Below are positions 37,477-48,526 of a DNA stretch of 64,000 nucleotides, one piece after another (the first letter of the stretch is position 1; the number at the start of each line of letters is the position of its first letter). The translations under genes and the position numbers were made by a program. This stretch comes from Elusimicrobiota bacterium (GTDB taxonomy: Bacteria > Elusimicrobiota > UBA8919). The notes under the pieces are model-generated. The model was not told the DNA's origin. It saw only the letters and a list, made by a program, of their open reading frames with translations, and ran no database searches. The stretch covers positions 10,407 through 74,406 of the forward strand of contig JBFLWK010000002.1 in assembly GCA_040757695.1 (NCBI GenBank). The letters are read 5' to 3'.

Positions 37477-38877
37477 ATGCAAAAAGTGGCTAAGTGGTTT
37501 GTTGACTTCAAGTGGTTAAGTGGTCAAGTGAATAGATGGTTTGGTGGTCAGGTGGTTAGGTGGTTAGGTTTGGTTTTCCTATCTACCTATCTACCTATCT
37601 ACCTATCTACCTGCTTTACCGGTTGCAGGAAAAAAGATGGGAAGTTAAAAGAAGGCGAGGTAGAACTTGAATATATGATGTGGGGTGAGCCGGATGAATT
37701 AAAAACGGTAACCGAGTACTTGAAACAATTTGAAGAAAAGTTCCCTAAAATCAAGATAAAAATACTGCATACCCCACAAAATTACGACGATAAACTAAAA
37801 ACGATGTTCGCTGCACATACACCGCCGGATGTTATGTATGTCGGGCTTGAGACATTCCCATCATTCGCAACCCGCGGTGTGCTTTTAGACCTCAATCCAT
37901 ATCTTGAACGAGATAAGCAGGAGTTTAACCTTAACGATTTTTATCCGGAACTGATGAAATGTTTTGAATACGATGGAAAGTATTACGGGATTGCAAAGGA
38001 CTTTACACCGTTAGTTTTGTATTACAACAAAGATATGTTTGATAAAATGGGGGTAAAATATCCGAATAAGAAGGGTGGGTGGAAATGGGCTGATTTTTTA
38101 GATGCTGCAAAAAAACTGACTGTTGATTTTAATAACGATGGTAAAATAGACCAGTACGGGTTTGTATTAGAGACATGGTTTCAAGAATGGGCACCTTGGG
38201 TTTGGCAGAATGATGGAAAAATAATGAGCGATGATAAAAAGAAATGGCTGCTCGGCTCACCTGAGTATATTGATAGAAATTCAGAAGCAGTCCAGTTCCT
38301 TGCGGATTTGGTCTGGAAACATAATGTCGCACCGAGACCAACTGTGACAACTGATTTTGGTACTGCGGATATGTTTATGACTGGCAAAGTGGCTATGTGC
38401 ACTTACGGTAGATGGATGTGTATGCAATTCAGGCATATAAAAGATTTTAAGTGGGATATCGCACCACTGCCGTATAACAAAAAACGGGCTGCTACGCTTT
38501 TTGTTGTCTGCTACGGTATCGCAAACGAATCCAAACATAAAGAAGAGGCATGGCAACTTATAAAGTACTTGATGAGTAAAGAAGGGCAGGAATTGGTTGC
38601 AGAAGCAGGTCATGCTATACCGTCTTTGAAATCAGTTGCAAAGTCAGACCGTTTCCTGAAAGCGAAAGTGATTACTCAGCCGATAGATGCAAAGGTTTAT
38701 CTTGATTCAATAAAATATGCTCAACCGACACCGACAAATCCATACTGGGTTGAAATAAATGAGTTATTAGGCAGAGAGATTGATTGGGTCTGGCAGGGTA
38801 AAAAACCAGCCAAAGAAGTTTTAGAAACAATTCAGCCACAGATAGAAAACCTGCTATCAAAATATTATGTAAAATAA
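37477..38877 (+). CDS. ABC sugar transporter substrate-binding lipoprotein
   Basis: 466 aa; paralogous to 1021-2286; leader built from AAGTGG/AGGTGG and CTACCTAT repeats ending YLSTCFTGC. True start may be an internal GTG. Confidence 0.8.
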   Translation: MQKVAKWFVDFKWLSGQVNRWFGGQVVRWLGLVFLSTYLPIYLSTCFTGCRKKDGKLKEGEVELEYMMWGEPDELKTVTEYLKQFEEKFPKIKIKILHTPQNYDDKLKTMFAAHTPPDVMYVGLETFPSFATRGVLLDLNPYLERDKQEFNLNDFYPELMKCFEYDGKYYGIAKDFTPLVLYYNKDMFDKMGVKYPNKKGGWKWADFLDAAKKLTVDFNNDGKIDQYGFVLETWFQEWAPWVWQNDGKIMSDDKKKWLLGSPEYIDRNSEAVQFLADLVWKHNVAPRPTVTTDFGTADMFMTGKVAMCTYGRWMCMQFRHIKDFKWDIAPLPYNKKRAATLFVVCYGIANESKHKEEAWQLIKYLMSKEGQELVAEAGHAIPSLKSVAKSDRFLKAKVITQPIDAKVYLDSIKYAQPTPTNPYWVEINELLGREIDWVWQGKKPAKEVLETIQPQIENLLSKYYVK

Positions 38878-38959
38878 TAGAGTCAACTTTTTCTACGAAA
38901 CTTTAGTTTCGGTTAAAACCGAATCAGAACCGGCACTGAAGTGTCAAAAGTAACACAAG

Positions 38960-39582
38960 GTAGACGGCAATTAATTGCCGTCTACGGAAGGAGATAAATA
39001 TATGGGCAAAATTCACAGGTTTTTGGAAAAAGGTGCGGTTCATTTTGTAACAACTAATACTATAAATCGTGTGAAAATTTTTAATGATGAAGTTTCTGCA
39101 AGATTTCTGTTATTATGTATTGGGTATCATAAGTTTATGCTTAATTTTTACCTTCTGGGATATGTGATTATGCCAGACCATTTACATATGTTGTTGCAGA
39201 TTTTAAGCGAGAAATATAATCTATCTGTTATTATGAAGCAAATCAAAGGCAATTTTGCCCGTAAATACAACGAATGGTATCAAAAAAACCAACCCACAGG
39301 TAGTCGGCGTTTAAACGCCGACTACCTGAAATGGGATTATAGAGGGTTTTCATACAAACCTGTATGGCAGGAAAGTTTTTATGACACTGCATTACGAGAC
39401 CCAAAACAAGTTCGTGAAAAAATAGAATATATGCATTGGAATCCCGTCAAAGCAGGGATTGTTGACCACCCTAAAGATTATGAATTTTCAAGTTATCACC
39501 AGTATTACGGTGAAAAAAGATTATGGATACAAATCCCTATAGAAAAATTTATAATTTAATACGGCATTTAATTGCCGTCTAC
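38960..39582 (+). mobile_element. RAYT family-1 cassette: REP palindrome - RAYT gene - REP
   Basis: 5' GTAGACGGCAATTAATTGCCGTCTAC (38960-38985), 3' ACGGCATTTAATTGCCGTCTAC (39561-39582); same architecture as 62614-63222. Confidence 0.7.
39002..39559 (+). CDS. REP-associated tyrosine transposase (RAYT; IS200-like Y1 HuH transposase, COG1943-like)
   Basis: HuH motif PDHLHMLL; C-terminal YMHWNPVKAGIVDHPKDYEFSSY. SD GGAAGGAG upstream of ATG 39002; ~80% identical to 62656-63210. Contains an internal perfect 28-nt palindrome at 39299-39326. Confidence 0.75.
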   Translation: MGKIHRFLEKGAVHFVTTNTINRVKIFNDEVSARFLLLCIGYHKFMLNFYLLGYVIMPDHLHMLLQILSEKYNLSVIMKQIKGNFARKYNEWYQKNQPTGSRRLNADYLKWDYRGFSYKPVWQESFYDTALRDPKQVREKIEYMHWNPVKAGIVDHPKDYEFSSYHQYYGEKRLWIQIPIEKFII

Positions 39583-42500
39583 ATTGTAATAGGTATTTCT
39601 TACCTTTATGGGTCATTTACTATAACTGCGGGGACGGCTACGCTTTCTGATTTCACAACTGTTGATATTTCAAGCGATGTTGCAATTGATGCAGGTGCAG
39701 TGTTCGTAGCAAGCGGTGGTGTTATCAATATAGGCAGAAACTGGACCAAAAATGATACCGGTATTTTTGATTTCGGCACCTCAACCATTACATTTTATAC
39801 AACATATACAAGCACACTTACAGGCAATACCACTTTTTACTGTTTTCGTTGCGAAACCTCAGCAAAAGAATTGCAATTTACCGAAAAGTCAACCCAGACG
39901 GTAACAAATATATTCACACTAACAGGTGCTTCGGGTAATTTGATAAAACTGCGGTCAACAGTTGACGCTTCTTTATGGTATATTCAATTCCCAAACAGCG
40001 CTCAATCGGTTGATTATGTAGATGTTAAGGACTCATCTGCCTGTATAAAAACGGTTACCGCTAACTATTCTACTGATTCCGGGAACAACTTTAACTGGAT
40101 ATTCCCGAATAACCCGCCGACAATTTCAGGACTTACTCAACTTGCTGGGAGTGAGGCTTTAGCCTCAATGCAATGGACAAATTCGTCATTAATCATTTCG
40201 TCATTCACACTTCAAGACCCGCAAGCAGGTGATACTGTAAAGTTTTATCTACACGTGACTTCAGTCACAAGTGGAAGTTCTGCTGACTGGTCACAGCCAT
40301 TTTTCTGTACAACATCTGCATATCTATCGCAAGGGACTACAGGATACCTGTGGACTACACTAACCGATAAAGCAACATACTGGTGGCGATGCTGGGCAGA
40401 AGACAGTCAAGGTGCCACATCGTCCACAAATACAACACTCGGTCAGGGCGGTGTCGCAAAATTCGCCTTTGATAACAAGCCACCGGATGCTATCTCAAAT
40501 CTTACCGCACTCACAGGCACACAATACGATGGTGATATATTACTCAAATGGACTGCACCCGGTAGCGATGGTGCAGTTGGCGATTTCTCAGGTCAATACC
40601 ATATCAAATGGTCTACAAGAACAGAAAATATTACAAATTTTGACTCCCCACCATATCCTACATATGAACGGTATGTAAGTAGTTCTATAATAGCACAACA
40701 AGAACAGGTATTCACAATGACTGGTTTAAATCCAGGCACAACTTATTATTTCGCAATTGAAACGATAGATACCGCCGGGAATACAGCATCATGGTCAACA
40801 GTCGGTGTCAATACAGCCAACCGAAATTATGCTTTGGACTTAAATCCTAATCCACCACCTTCACTTTCTGCAATTTCCAACTCCTCAACAACTATCAATC
40901 TGTCCTGGGAAAAACCTGTCCCTCTATATATTGATGATATTTCGTATTACCATATTTTTCGTGCTACATTTACATTCACAAGCACAACAACACTGAATGT
41001 TATTTTGGTAGATACCGTTACTCATCCTACTGATGTTCATATATCAACAGGACTCGCTATCCATACAACCTACTACTACCGGATAGTTACTTTTGATAAA
41101 GGTGATACAGACCCCGGGCTTATAAGTTATGTGTTGAACTCTATTACTTCTACGATAGTAAACGCCTGTCCGCAACCGACTGCCTCTGAAAAAGTAAAGG
41201 TAAGCGTGGTCTATGATAACCGTTCTTCTACAAATACAAACAATTACGGGCTTATTGATGGTATTGAAGATGCAGATGGTACTGTCACCTGGGATTGGCC
41301 ATTTATACCTGATGGTGGGAATATCACCAAATACGAGATTGAGGTCTCAACAGATATAAATTTTTCATTCTACTCATCTTCTGCAGCGCTTTCATCAACT
41401 GTTTCTACATATACCGCAACGGGTTTAGTGCGTGGAAAATATCATTATGCGCGTGTCCGTGCCACAAATGACGAAGCCATCACAGGTAGTTGGACTGCTT
41501 CAGACGGTATCTATGTGAATGCAAAAACGGTTGACGGCTCGCTTGCCGATTGGTCAACTTTTAACCTATCAACATATAACTTTATAACTACCTATCAAGG
41601 TGCAGGAAACTGGCGTGAGGCGGTCTGGATTGATACAACTACTGACGAGCGTGGTGCAGATGATAACCAGCCAAATTATACACAACTGGATATCGCTACA
41701 TTTTCAATTACTTGTGATGAATATAATCTTTATATGTATGTGCTTTTTGCTTCCAGTAATACCGGTGGTAGTTCGCCTGTTTTTGATGGCAGGAATTTTG
41801 TACAAATTTTAATTGACAATGGTAACATCTCTGCAGAACGCGTCTTCCGTGGTCGTGGTGATAAATACGAGGACAGTTATGTCTCAAAATATGTTTCCTG
41901 GGAATATCTATGTGAGATTGTAACAGGTAACGACCAGTTTCGTGTAGAAGATAATTTATTCACTAACCGCCAGTATGGAAAGTATACAGAAAATAACAGC
42001 GGCTACTTTTATGAAGTTGCAATGCCATTATCAAAATTAGGTGGCAGTAGCAAATTTTTAGGCAAAACGGTTAACTTCACAGTTGCAACATTCTGGAATG
42101 ATGGTGACGCTATCGGCAACTGGTCACCTGCAACAAATTCTAATATAGTAGATGTAGTAAGTTCATCAGGACCTGCTACTTGGAATGAAGTTGAAGGCAG
42201 GATTGTTGACCATTATCTCGCAATCACATTTTCTACATTTGGCTATGTTAGTTCTGCTACTTCTACACTATCAACAACATCTTCAATCCCGGATGAGCCA
42301 GAAAACGCATCAAACGGTGTCTCACCCTGCCCGCCTTCTGCACTGGACTATATTATGTATCGGCTTTTCCCGGATGCATGGTATAACGGCGATACTACTA
42401 ACGACGATATCGGCGATACTAACGATTACGGTGGTGATTTCCAGGGTGTTATAGATAAAGTGGACTACCTCAACGAGATGGGAATCAATATGGTTTATTT

Positions 42501-45500
42501 CGGGCCTTTCCATGAAAATGGTGGCGGTATCTGGGGCTACAATATTGACGATATCTACAAGCACGAAGGTAAGTTCGGTGGTACTTCCAAATATATTGAG
42601 ATGATGAAAACACTCAGAAACCATAATATCAAAGTAATGATGGACTGGGTACCGGGTCAGGTTGGTGGACCTGATTCACCAACTGCGAAGAAGCATCCTA
42701 CATATTATCAGCCGGAGCAGTTTTCTACCTCTGGCGGTGGCACAAAACAGGAATATGCAGAACCACGCGCACTTTATCTCAACAATCTCATCTGGAATAT
42801 GTCAATAACAGATGCTGTCCGTTTTGATAACCCCAAATTCTGGGATAATGGTCTCGGACCTGAACAATATGAGTTTAATAGAGCGTTGAGGAAACTTACT
42901 GACCGCTGGGACCCGCAGTACTACCTCTTTTCTGAGATACCAGAAACCGCTGGCGATATCAATAACTATACAGGAAATAACGGGCCGATGCTACACGGTG
43001 GCGAGCAGATGAAAGTAGGTGGGTATAAAGAAGGTGGGCAGTATTATATCAGTTCGTGGGCTATGCCCAAGGGTACTGTTGGTGTGGCTGCTGAAGCTAA
43101 TAATAGACATAGTAACGCAGATGGCTGGAATACTTCTCAAGTTTGTAGAAATAGTTTAGATAATGAAGAAATCAATTGGAAAAACGAGTGGGCGATAAAC
43201 GCAACAATTATGGAAAGCCATGATGAACGAAGATTCATCAGCAGATCTCGTGGAGATGATGGTGCTTCCTGGGGATATGATTCTCAGGTTGGTTATATGG
43301 CAGCAATCACACTCGGTGGGCCTTTAAGTATTATGTATGGTGGTGAAGTCGGTCTTGAAGGTCCTTACGATGGCTCACAAAAAGCAAAAATGGATATCAA
43401 CGGCAATGTTCGGCTAATGGAGTTTGATAGAGTTAATGTTGACCCGTGGACTAATGTTAGACCCGCTATCCGGCGAGCAATTCAAGCAAAAGCAAATTTC
43501 GCACCATTGCGCGGCGATCCCCAAGAAGGCGGTCGCGGATGGTATAACGGAACAGATGCTGCCGAGTTTGATACAAATATTCTTGGATGTTCAAGAACTG
43601 GCTGGGGTCAGAAAGCAATTGTCTTCTGGAACTGGTCAGCAGGTGATATAACCCTGCCAGCTCTTATAGGCACAGGTGATGCAAGCACAAGTTATAAGGA
43701 CTGGCTTACCGATGCTGGATATACAACGAATGCGTCCGGACAGTTCACAACTACAATTGTAGTGCCATCACATTACGGAAGAATTCTGATTCGTGGTGGT
43801 TATGACTGGGTAAACTGCACAGGCACCGTTACAAGTGGTGGCTCACCTGTCGCAAACGCTGTTGTTGATATTGACCAGAAATCACACTGGACTGTGATGA
43901 CTGATGCGAATGGTTATTATTCTATTTCAGGCAATTTAAGAAAGATATTAACCGGAAGTCATACTATACGCTGCTGGGCGGATGGCTATAATATCGCAAC
44001 CACAGATGTTAATTTCACAACCGCACTCATAAATAATGGTGTTGATTTTACATTAACAACAGATAATACACCACCATCAGCACCATCAACACTCGCTGCA
44101 CAGCCAAGAAGTGAAGCAGTGATGCTTTCCTGGCAGCCAAATACAGAATCGGATTTTCAGTCGTATCTTATCTATCGCTCGTCAACAGAACCTATACCCG
44201 ATGGCTCATTCCCAGAACCAGTTTTTGAGGTATTCAAAACATTTTATTATGATAACAATCTTGACGGACAATTAGACAGCAACGACAATGTCTACGACCG
44301 GATACAAAATGGAACTACATACTACTACCGTATCCGTGCGGTTGATAGGAACGGTAACAAATCTGCATTATCTAATCAAATTACTGTAATCCCAAGAGCT
44401 GTAAAAGTAAAATTCTGGCTGGATGCGCGGGATTCCGGACTCACCATAACATCTGCTACTGTAACTGGCGGTGCACTCGCATTCGGGAATGCTACATATG
44501 GCAGTTGGCCCAACGGTTTGGCAATGGATGAAGTTGTAGACGGTGTTTTTCAGAAAGAGGTTGAGTTTGACGATACAATATTTTTGGAATACAAATATAA
44601 ACTTCACAATGGTAATAATGTTTGGGAGGGTAGTAGTGGTCAATTGTTCCTTGACGGGCCTCAACAAGGTCACAACCGTGGTGAACTTTACAAATATAAC
44701 CAGTCAAATAGTGTGAATGAAAACGAGCAGGTGCCTGATATTGAAATAAAAGATGAAGGCAATGGCGAGATGATATTAGCGGATAAATGGCAATACTATA
44801 ATGACCAAGCACCAAGAACACCACAAGGGCTTGAAATCACCGCAGGACCGAATCAACTAACTGTTGGATGGACGGCAAATGCAGAGCCGGATTTGAATTA
44901 TTACACAATCCGTACTTCTAATACTGCCGATAGTACACTTAAATATGTGCAGGTATCAAGTGCAGCAATCAATTATGTTGACCTCGGGCTAACTAATAAT
45001 GTTACCTATTTCTATTCTGTTTCCGCTACTGATAGACGAGGCAATACATCCGGCTATTCTTCTGTAATTTCGGACTACCCGAGAGCAACTGATACATCTG
45101 CACCTTCTACACCAACAGGGCTTGAAGCAGTAGGCGCAGGCACTGATGGCTTGACTGCAATCAAAGTAAAATGGTCGCAAAATTACGAAGGTGATTTAGC
45201 AGGATATAATATCTATAAATCAACTGTGTCAGGTTTCACACCCGACACTACAAATAAATTGAATTATACGCTTATCTGCCCAACCGCTACTTATTATACC
45301 GATTCTAATATCACAACCGGCACTACTTACTATTACAAACTCGCAGCAGTTGATTCTTCAGGCAACAGTTCACCGTATACCTCACAACTCTCTGTGAATT
45401 TATTCCCAATCACTTTTGAAGTAGATATGGGTAATATCACATTAACAAATGTCCAGATTATCGGTGATACAGAACCACTTGACTGGACCACATCGATAAA

Positions 45501-47886
45501 CCTTACACAAATGAGTAATAGTACCACATGGTATCGCCAACTCGGAATGGTCGCTAATAGCAGCATCAGATACAGATACTCGTATAATAACGATTTAGAT
45601 AACAAAGAACAGAACTTTAATACAGCATCTACAGACCGTGAATATACAATCCCATATTCAACAACAACAAACTACGACGACTGGGAAGAAAATCCGGATG
45701 CAATTGCAGGCACACTGGTTTATGCAGGGTATCAAAAAGCGAATCTTTATTGGGATAGAAATACAACCGCTGAAGAATTACTCGGCTACAATATCTATAG
45801 AAACGACGGGCTTACAAGCCAGACAACTATACAGCTAAATGCATCACCTGTCTCTTACAGCCAGCCATACACTGTAGAAGGACTTACACTTGGCAATACT
45901 TACTCATTCCTGATTCGTGCAGTTGATTCAGGTGGCCAAAAACTTGAAAGTTCTACCGCAACCGTTGTTTCCTGCTGGATTAGTAACCAGATTGTTTATG
46001 TTAATTTCGGTGTGCCATACACAATTGGGCTTGCAAGTTCGCCTTGGGGTGATAGTAGTAAAATCCAACTGCAACTCGCGATAATGTCATCAACACAAAC
46101 TTCAGTTTGGAGTTCAGCCGACAGAGCGAATATTACTAATGGAAAACTTGATATGACTGCAGATGCTACAAACAAAACCTATCGCGCTAGTGTGCCGCTG
46201 ATTAAAGGGCAGTACTACAATTTCTTGTTCTTTGCAGAAACAACCGCAACACCACCAGACGGGCTTAAAGCTAATACCGTATACTACGATTGCGTCTGGA
46301 ACGCTGGCACCTGGAATAGTTATTCTGTAGTTCCATCAACTGCAAAATTTATCACATCTAAAAGTTCAACTTCTATAACAGGTAATCAATACGGCTGGTT
46401 TGGTAACGCAGGCAAAGATAATGATGCTCGCAGAATCTTGTATGTGGATACAACACTTGACAATGATGCTACCTGGTATGTATTCGCTAATTTTGCATCT
46501 ACACCTACCGCACCAACATATATTCAAGCGATACCCGGGAATCAAAAGGTTACCCTTGTATGGTCTGCACCTTACGGCAATGCATGGATATGGCCACCAC
46601 CCCAAAACACAGGTAATGTGCCTGCAAGTGGTGGTGAGTCAATGAAAGCCGCAGATGTTGTCTGCGGCGGTGTCTACCAGATATATGTCTGCACAGATAT
46701 AGCAATCACAAACGATTTCTCTAAATATCAAGCAACTGCTACTGTTTCCGGTAGTTCGTTTACATATACATCCCCGCCACTCAAAAACGGCGTCACATAT
46801 TACTACATTATCCGTGCTTCAGATACCTTTAAGGGAATTGCTGGCGGAATTGACGGCAACTGCTACAGCGTATTTTCTGCCACTGTCTCTGCGTGCCCGA
46901 CTAACGAGTATGTAGTTGTAAAAATAAGAGTGAATAAAGGCGCAGAACCAATATGGCGTAATGTCCGAAAAACAATCGCATTCCAGGAAGGTCAAACCGT
47001 GTCCGCATGGGATGAAGTAGGCAGGTCTAATTTAACATCAACAGGTCGTGCTGTAAATATGACCGCACCTGCTGATGATTCAACCGAGCAGGAGTTTTCT
47101 GTAAATCTTGCTGGTGGAACAACTTACAATTTTATATTATTCGCATATTCTACATTCACAATCTCAGGACTTACCGTCGGAACAACATATTACGATACCG
47201 TCCCTACAAGCGGCTCTAATGGTATGGCAACCTCAACATCTACCGCTAATATCACATCACACGGTTCTGCGTGGTATGGCAATGTAGGTGCTACTGGCGA
47301 TTCCAGACGGCTTTTATATGTGCCACGATTATCTCAACTTGGTGGCGGTGCAACTTTGTATGTATATTGCAACTTCGCAGCCAGACCTACACAGTCGTCT
47401 GTGTATGCCACTGCTGCATCTTCTTATTCAATATTGTTAATGTGGACACCATATGGTGCCTGGGGAACTGATAGCGAATCATTCAAAGCTGCTGATGTCA
47501 TTGCAGGCGGGTTTTATTATGTTTATCGCTCGTCAGTTTCAGCATCAGGACCATATGTTTTGTGGGCTTCTACAGATGTTATGTCATGGACTGATGATGA
47601 TAAAGATACATCTGGTGATAACAAAGGGCTGATTGGTGGGAATGAGTATTTCTATGTTATTGTCGCATCAGACGCATACAAAGGTGCATCAGGTCAGGTA
47701 GCAATACCGAATCTGTATCGCACAGGTGCACCTGAATTCTCAACTGCAGATGCTAGTTTTACACCCGGTGAGCGGATACCGCTATATTTCAAGGTAGAAA
47801 GAAAAGATATTATATACCCGACTTTAGTCGGCTACGTAGAAAAAAGATTTACACCTGACTTACTTATACCCGACTTTAGTCGGTAA
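39523..47886 (+). CDS. giant (2787 aa) secreted GH13 alpha-amylase-family surface protein with beta-helix-like N-terminus, FN3, CBM9-like, CBM20-like x2-3 and three C-terminal modules of unknown function
   Basis: GH13 module ~42300-43600: GGDFQGVIDKVDYLNEMGINMVYFGPF, NIKVMMDWVPGQ, IMESHDERRF. CBM20-like: ITFEVDMGNITL...IRYRYSYNNDLDNKEQNF. Only in-frame start (39523) lies inside the RAYT 3' end; the stop lies inside the REP family-2 cluster. Confidence 0.8.
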   Translation: MDTNPYRKIYNLIRHLIAVYIVIGISYLYGSFTITAGTATLSDFTTVDISSDVAIDAGAVFVASGGVINIGRNWTKNDTGIFDFGTSTITFYTTYTSTLTGNTTFYCFRCETSAKELQFTEKSTQTVTNIFTLTGASGNLIKLRSTVDASLWYIQFPNSAQSVDYVDVKDSSACIKTVTANYSTDSGNNFNWIFPNNPPTISGLTQLAGSEALASMQWTNSSLIISSFTLQDPQAGDTVKFYLHVTSVTSGSSADWSQPFFCTTSAYLSQGTTGYLWTTLTDKATYWWRCWAEDSQGATSSTNTTLGQGGVAKFAFDNKPPDAISNLTALTGTQYDGDILLKWTAPGSDGAVGDFSGQYHIKWSTRTENITNFDSPPYPTYERYVSSSIIAQQEQVFTMTGLNPGTTYYFAIETIDTAGNTASWSTVGVNTANRNYALDLNPNPPPSLSAISNSSTTINLSWEKPVPLYIDDISYYHIFRATFTFTSTTTLNVILVDTVTHPTDVHISTGLAIHTTYYYRIVTFDKGDTDPGLISYVLNSITSTIVNACPQPTASEKVKVSVVYDNRSSTNTNNYGLIDGIEDADGTVTWDWPFIPDGGNITKYEIEVSTDINFSFYSSSAALSSTVSTYTATGLVRGKYHYARVRATNDEAITGSWTASDGIYVNAKTVDGSLADWSTFNLSTYNFITTYQGAGNWREAVWIDTTTDERGADDNQPNYTQLDIATFSITCDEYNLYMYVLFASSNTGGSSPVFDGRNFVQILIDNGNISAERVFRGRGDKYEDSYVSKYVSWEYLCEIVTGNDQFRVEDNLFTNRQYGKYTENNSGYFYEVAMPLSKLGGSSKFLGKTVNFTVATFWNDGDAIGNWSPATNSNIVDVVSSSGPATWNEVEGRIVDHYLAITFSTFGYVSSATSTLSTTSSIPDEPENASNGVSPCPPSALDYIMYRLFPDAWYNGDTTNDDIGDTNDYGGDFQGVIDKVDYLNEMGINMVYFGPFHENGGGIWGYNIDDIYKHEGKFGGTSKYIEMMKTLRNHNIKVMMDWVPGQVGGPDSPTAKKHPTYYQPEQFSTSGGGTKQEYAEPRALYLNNLIWNMSITDAVRFDNPKFWDNGLGPEQYEFNRALRKLTDRWDPQYYLFSEIPETAGDINNYTGNNGPMLHGGEQMKVGGYKEGGQYYISSWAMPKGTVGVAAEANNRHSNADGWNTSQVCRNSLDNEEINWKNEWAINATIMESHDERRFISRSRGDDGASWGYDSQVGYMAAITLGGPLSIMYGGEVGLEGPYDGSQKAKMDINGNVRLMEFDRVNVDPWTNVRPAIRRAIQAKANFAPLRGDPQEGGRGWYNGTDAAEFDTNILGCSRTGWGQKAIVFWNWSAGDITLPALIGTGDASTSYKDWLTDAGYTTNASGQFTTTIVVPSHYGRILIRGGYDWVNCTGTVTSGGSPVANAVVDIDQKSHWTVMTDANGYYSISGNLRKILTGSHTIRCWADGYNIATTDVNFTTALINNGVDFTLTTDNTPPSAPSTLAAQPRSEAVMLSWQPNTESDFQSYLIYRSSTEPIPDGSFPEPVFEVFKTFYYDNNLDGQLDSNDNVYDRIQNGTTYYYRIRAVDRNGNKSALSNQITVIPRAVKVKFWLDARDSGLTITSATVTGGALAFGNATYGSWPNGLAMDEVVDGVFQKEVEFDDTIFLEYKYKLHNGNNVWEGSSGQLFLDGPQQGHNRGELYKYNQSNSVNENEQVPDIEIKDEGNGEMILADKWQYYNDQAPRTPQGLEITAGPNQLTVGWTANAEPDLNYYTIRTSNTADSTLKYVQVSSAAINYVDLGLTNNVTYFYSVSATDRRGNTSGYSSVISDYPRATDTSAPSTPTGLEAVGAGTDGLTAIKVKWSQNYEGDLAGYNIYKSTVSGFTPDTTNKLNYTLICPTATYYTDSNITTGTTYYYKLAAVDSSGNSSPYTSQLSVNLFPITFEVDMGNITLTNVQIIGDTEPLDWTTSINLTQMSNSTTWYRQLGMVANSSIRYRYSYNNDLDNKEQNFNTASTDREYTIPYSTTTNYDDWEENPDAIAGTLVYAGYQKANLYWDRNTTAEELLGYNIYRNDGLTSQTTIQLNASPVSYSQPYTVEGLTLGNTYSFLIRAVDSGGQKLESSTATVVSCWISNQIVYVNFGVPYTIGLASSPWGDSSKIQLQLAIMSSTQTSVWSSADRANITNGKLDMTADATNKTYRASVPLIKGQYYNFLFFAETTATPPDGLKANTVYYDCVWNAGTWNSYSVVPSTAKFITSKSSTSITGNQYGWFGNAGKDNDARRILYVDTTLDNDATWYVFANFASTPTAPTYIQAIPGNQKVTLVWSAPYGNAWIWPPPQNTGNVPASGGESMKAADVVCGGVYQIYVCTDIAITNDFSKYQATATVSGSSFTYTSPPLKNGVTYYYIIRASDTFKGIAGGIDGNCYSVFSATVSACPTNEYVVVKIRVNKGAEPIWRNVRKTIAFQEGQTVSAWDEVGRSNLTSTGRAVNMTAPADDSTEQEFSVNLAGGTTYNFILFAYSTFTISGLTVGTTYYDTVPTSGSNGMATSTSTANITSHGSAWYGNVGATGDSRRLLYVPRLSQLGGGATLYVYCNFAARPTQSSVYATAASSYSILLMWTPYGAWGTDSESFKAADVIAGGFYYVYRSSVSASGPYVLWASTDVMSWTDDDKDTSGDNKGLIGGNEYFYVIVASDAYKGASGQVAIPNLYRTGAPEFSTADASFTPGERIPLYFKVERKDIIYPTLVGYVEKRFTPDLLIPDFSR

Positions 47887-47940
47887 AAACAAACAAGCCC
47901 ACTAAAGTGGGGAATAATTTTACACCCGACTTTAGTCGGC
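47812..47940. repeat. REP family-2 cluster (3x ACCCGACTTTAGTCGG + CCCACTAAAGTGGGG)
   Basis: Encodes the last ~25 aa and stop codon of the 2787-aa protein (...YPTLVGYVEKRFTPDLLIPDFSR*). Confidence 0.75.
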
Positions 47941-47953
47941 AAAAACAAAAAAT

Positions 47954-48526
47954 ATGCGGTTTTATCTAGATAATACATATTATTTCATAACGTGTGCAAC
48001 CAGAGAACATTATACACTATTTAATACAAATGAGAAAAAACAAATTTTACTTAATCAAATAAATAAAGTAGAAAAAAACCTAAAAATTCCAGTTCTGTCA
48101 TATGGGATTCTTGCAAATCATTATCATATATTATTTCATCTTTTAGAAGGTAAGAAACTTAAAAAAGCAATGCAAACTATAAATGGTGGCAGTTCGTATC
48201 TGCTAAATCAACTGACCGGTATCTATCGGTCGGTATGGGATAAATACTTTGCAAAAATAATAACTACCGAACAGATGTTTTACAAAATTATTGGATATAT
48301 TGCGGGAAATCCTTTAAAACACAGTGAAGTAAATAATTTTGAAGAATTAAAATCGTACCAATTCTCAAATTATTATCAGCTTTGTTACATTTATGGCGAA
48401 AAAACAGCAAAGGCGCTTGTGCAAAGTACAATTGTAGTAGATGAAGCAGATAATTTTAAACCCGACTTTAGTCGGTTGAAAGAAGCGCAACTTACACCCG
48501 ACTTCAGTTGGCTGAAAGAAGTGTAA
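47954..48526 (+). CDS. REP-associated tyrosine transposase, second family
   Basis: 190 aa; HuH-like ILANHYHILFHL; C-terminal YIAGNPLKHSEVNNFEELKSYQFSNY. C-terminus (PDFSRLKEAQLTPDFSWLKEV) is REP-encoded; flanked both sides by REP-2 clusters. Confidence 0.6.
   Translation: MRFYLDNTYYFITCATREHYTLFNTNEKKQILLNQINKVEKNLKIPVLSYGILANHYHILFHLLEGKKLKKAMQTINGGSSYLLNQLTGIYRSVWDKYFAKIITTEQMFYKIIGYIAGNPLKHSEVNNFEELKSYQFSNYYQLCYIYGEKTAKALVQSTIVVDEADNFKPDFSRLKEAQLTPDFSWLKEV

Noticed and set aside
39523-39559. Possibility that the 2787-aa ORF start inside the RAYT gene is an artefact and the protein starts later
   Set aside because: Not fully rejected: no in-frame ATG/GTG/TTG exists between 39523 and the first domain and the 39523 N-terminus has a plausible n/h-region, so I keep 39523 but flag it.
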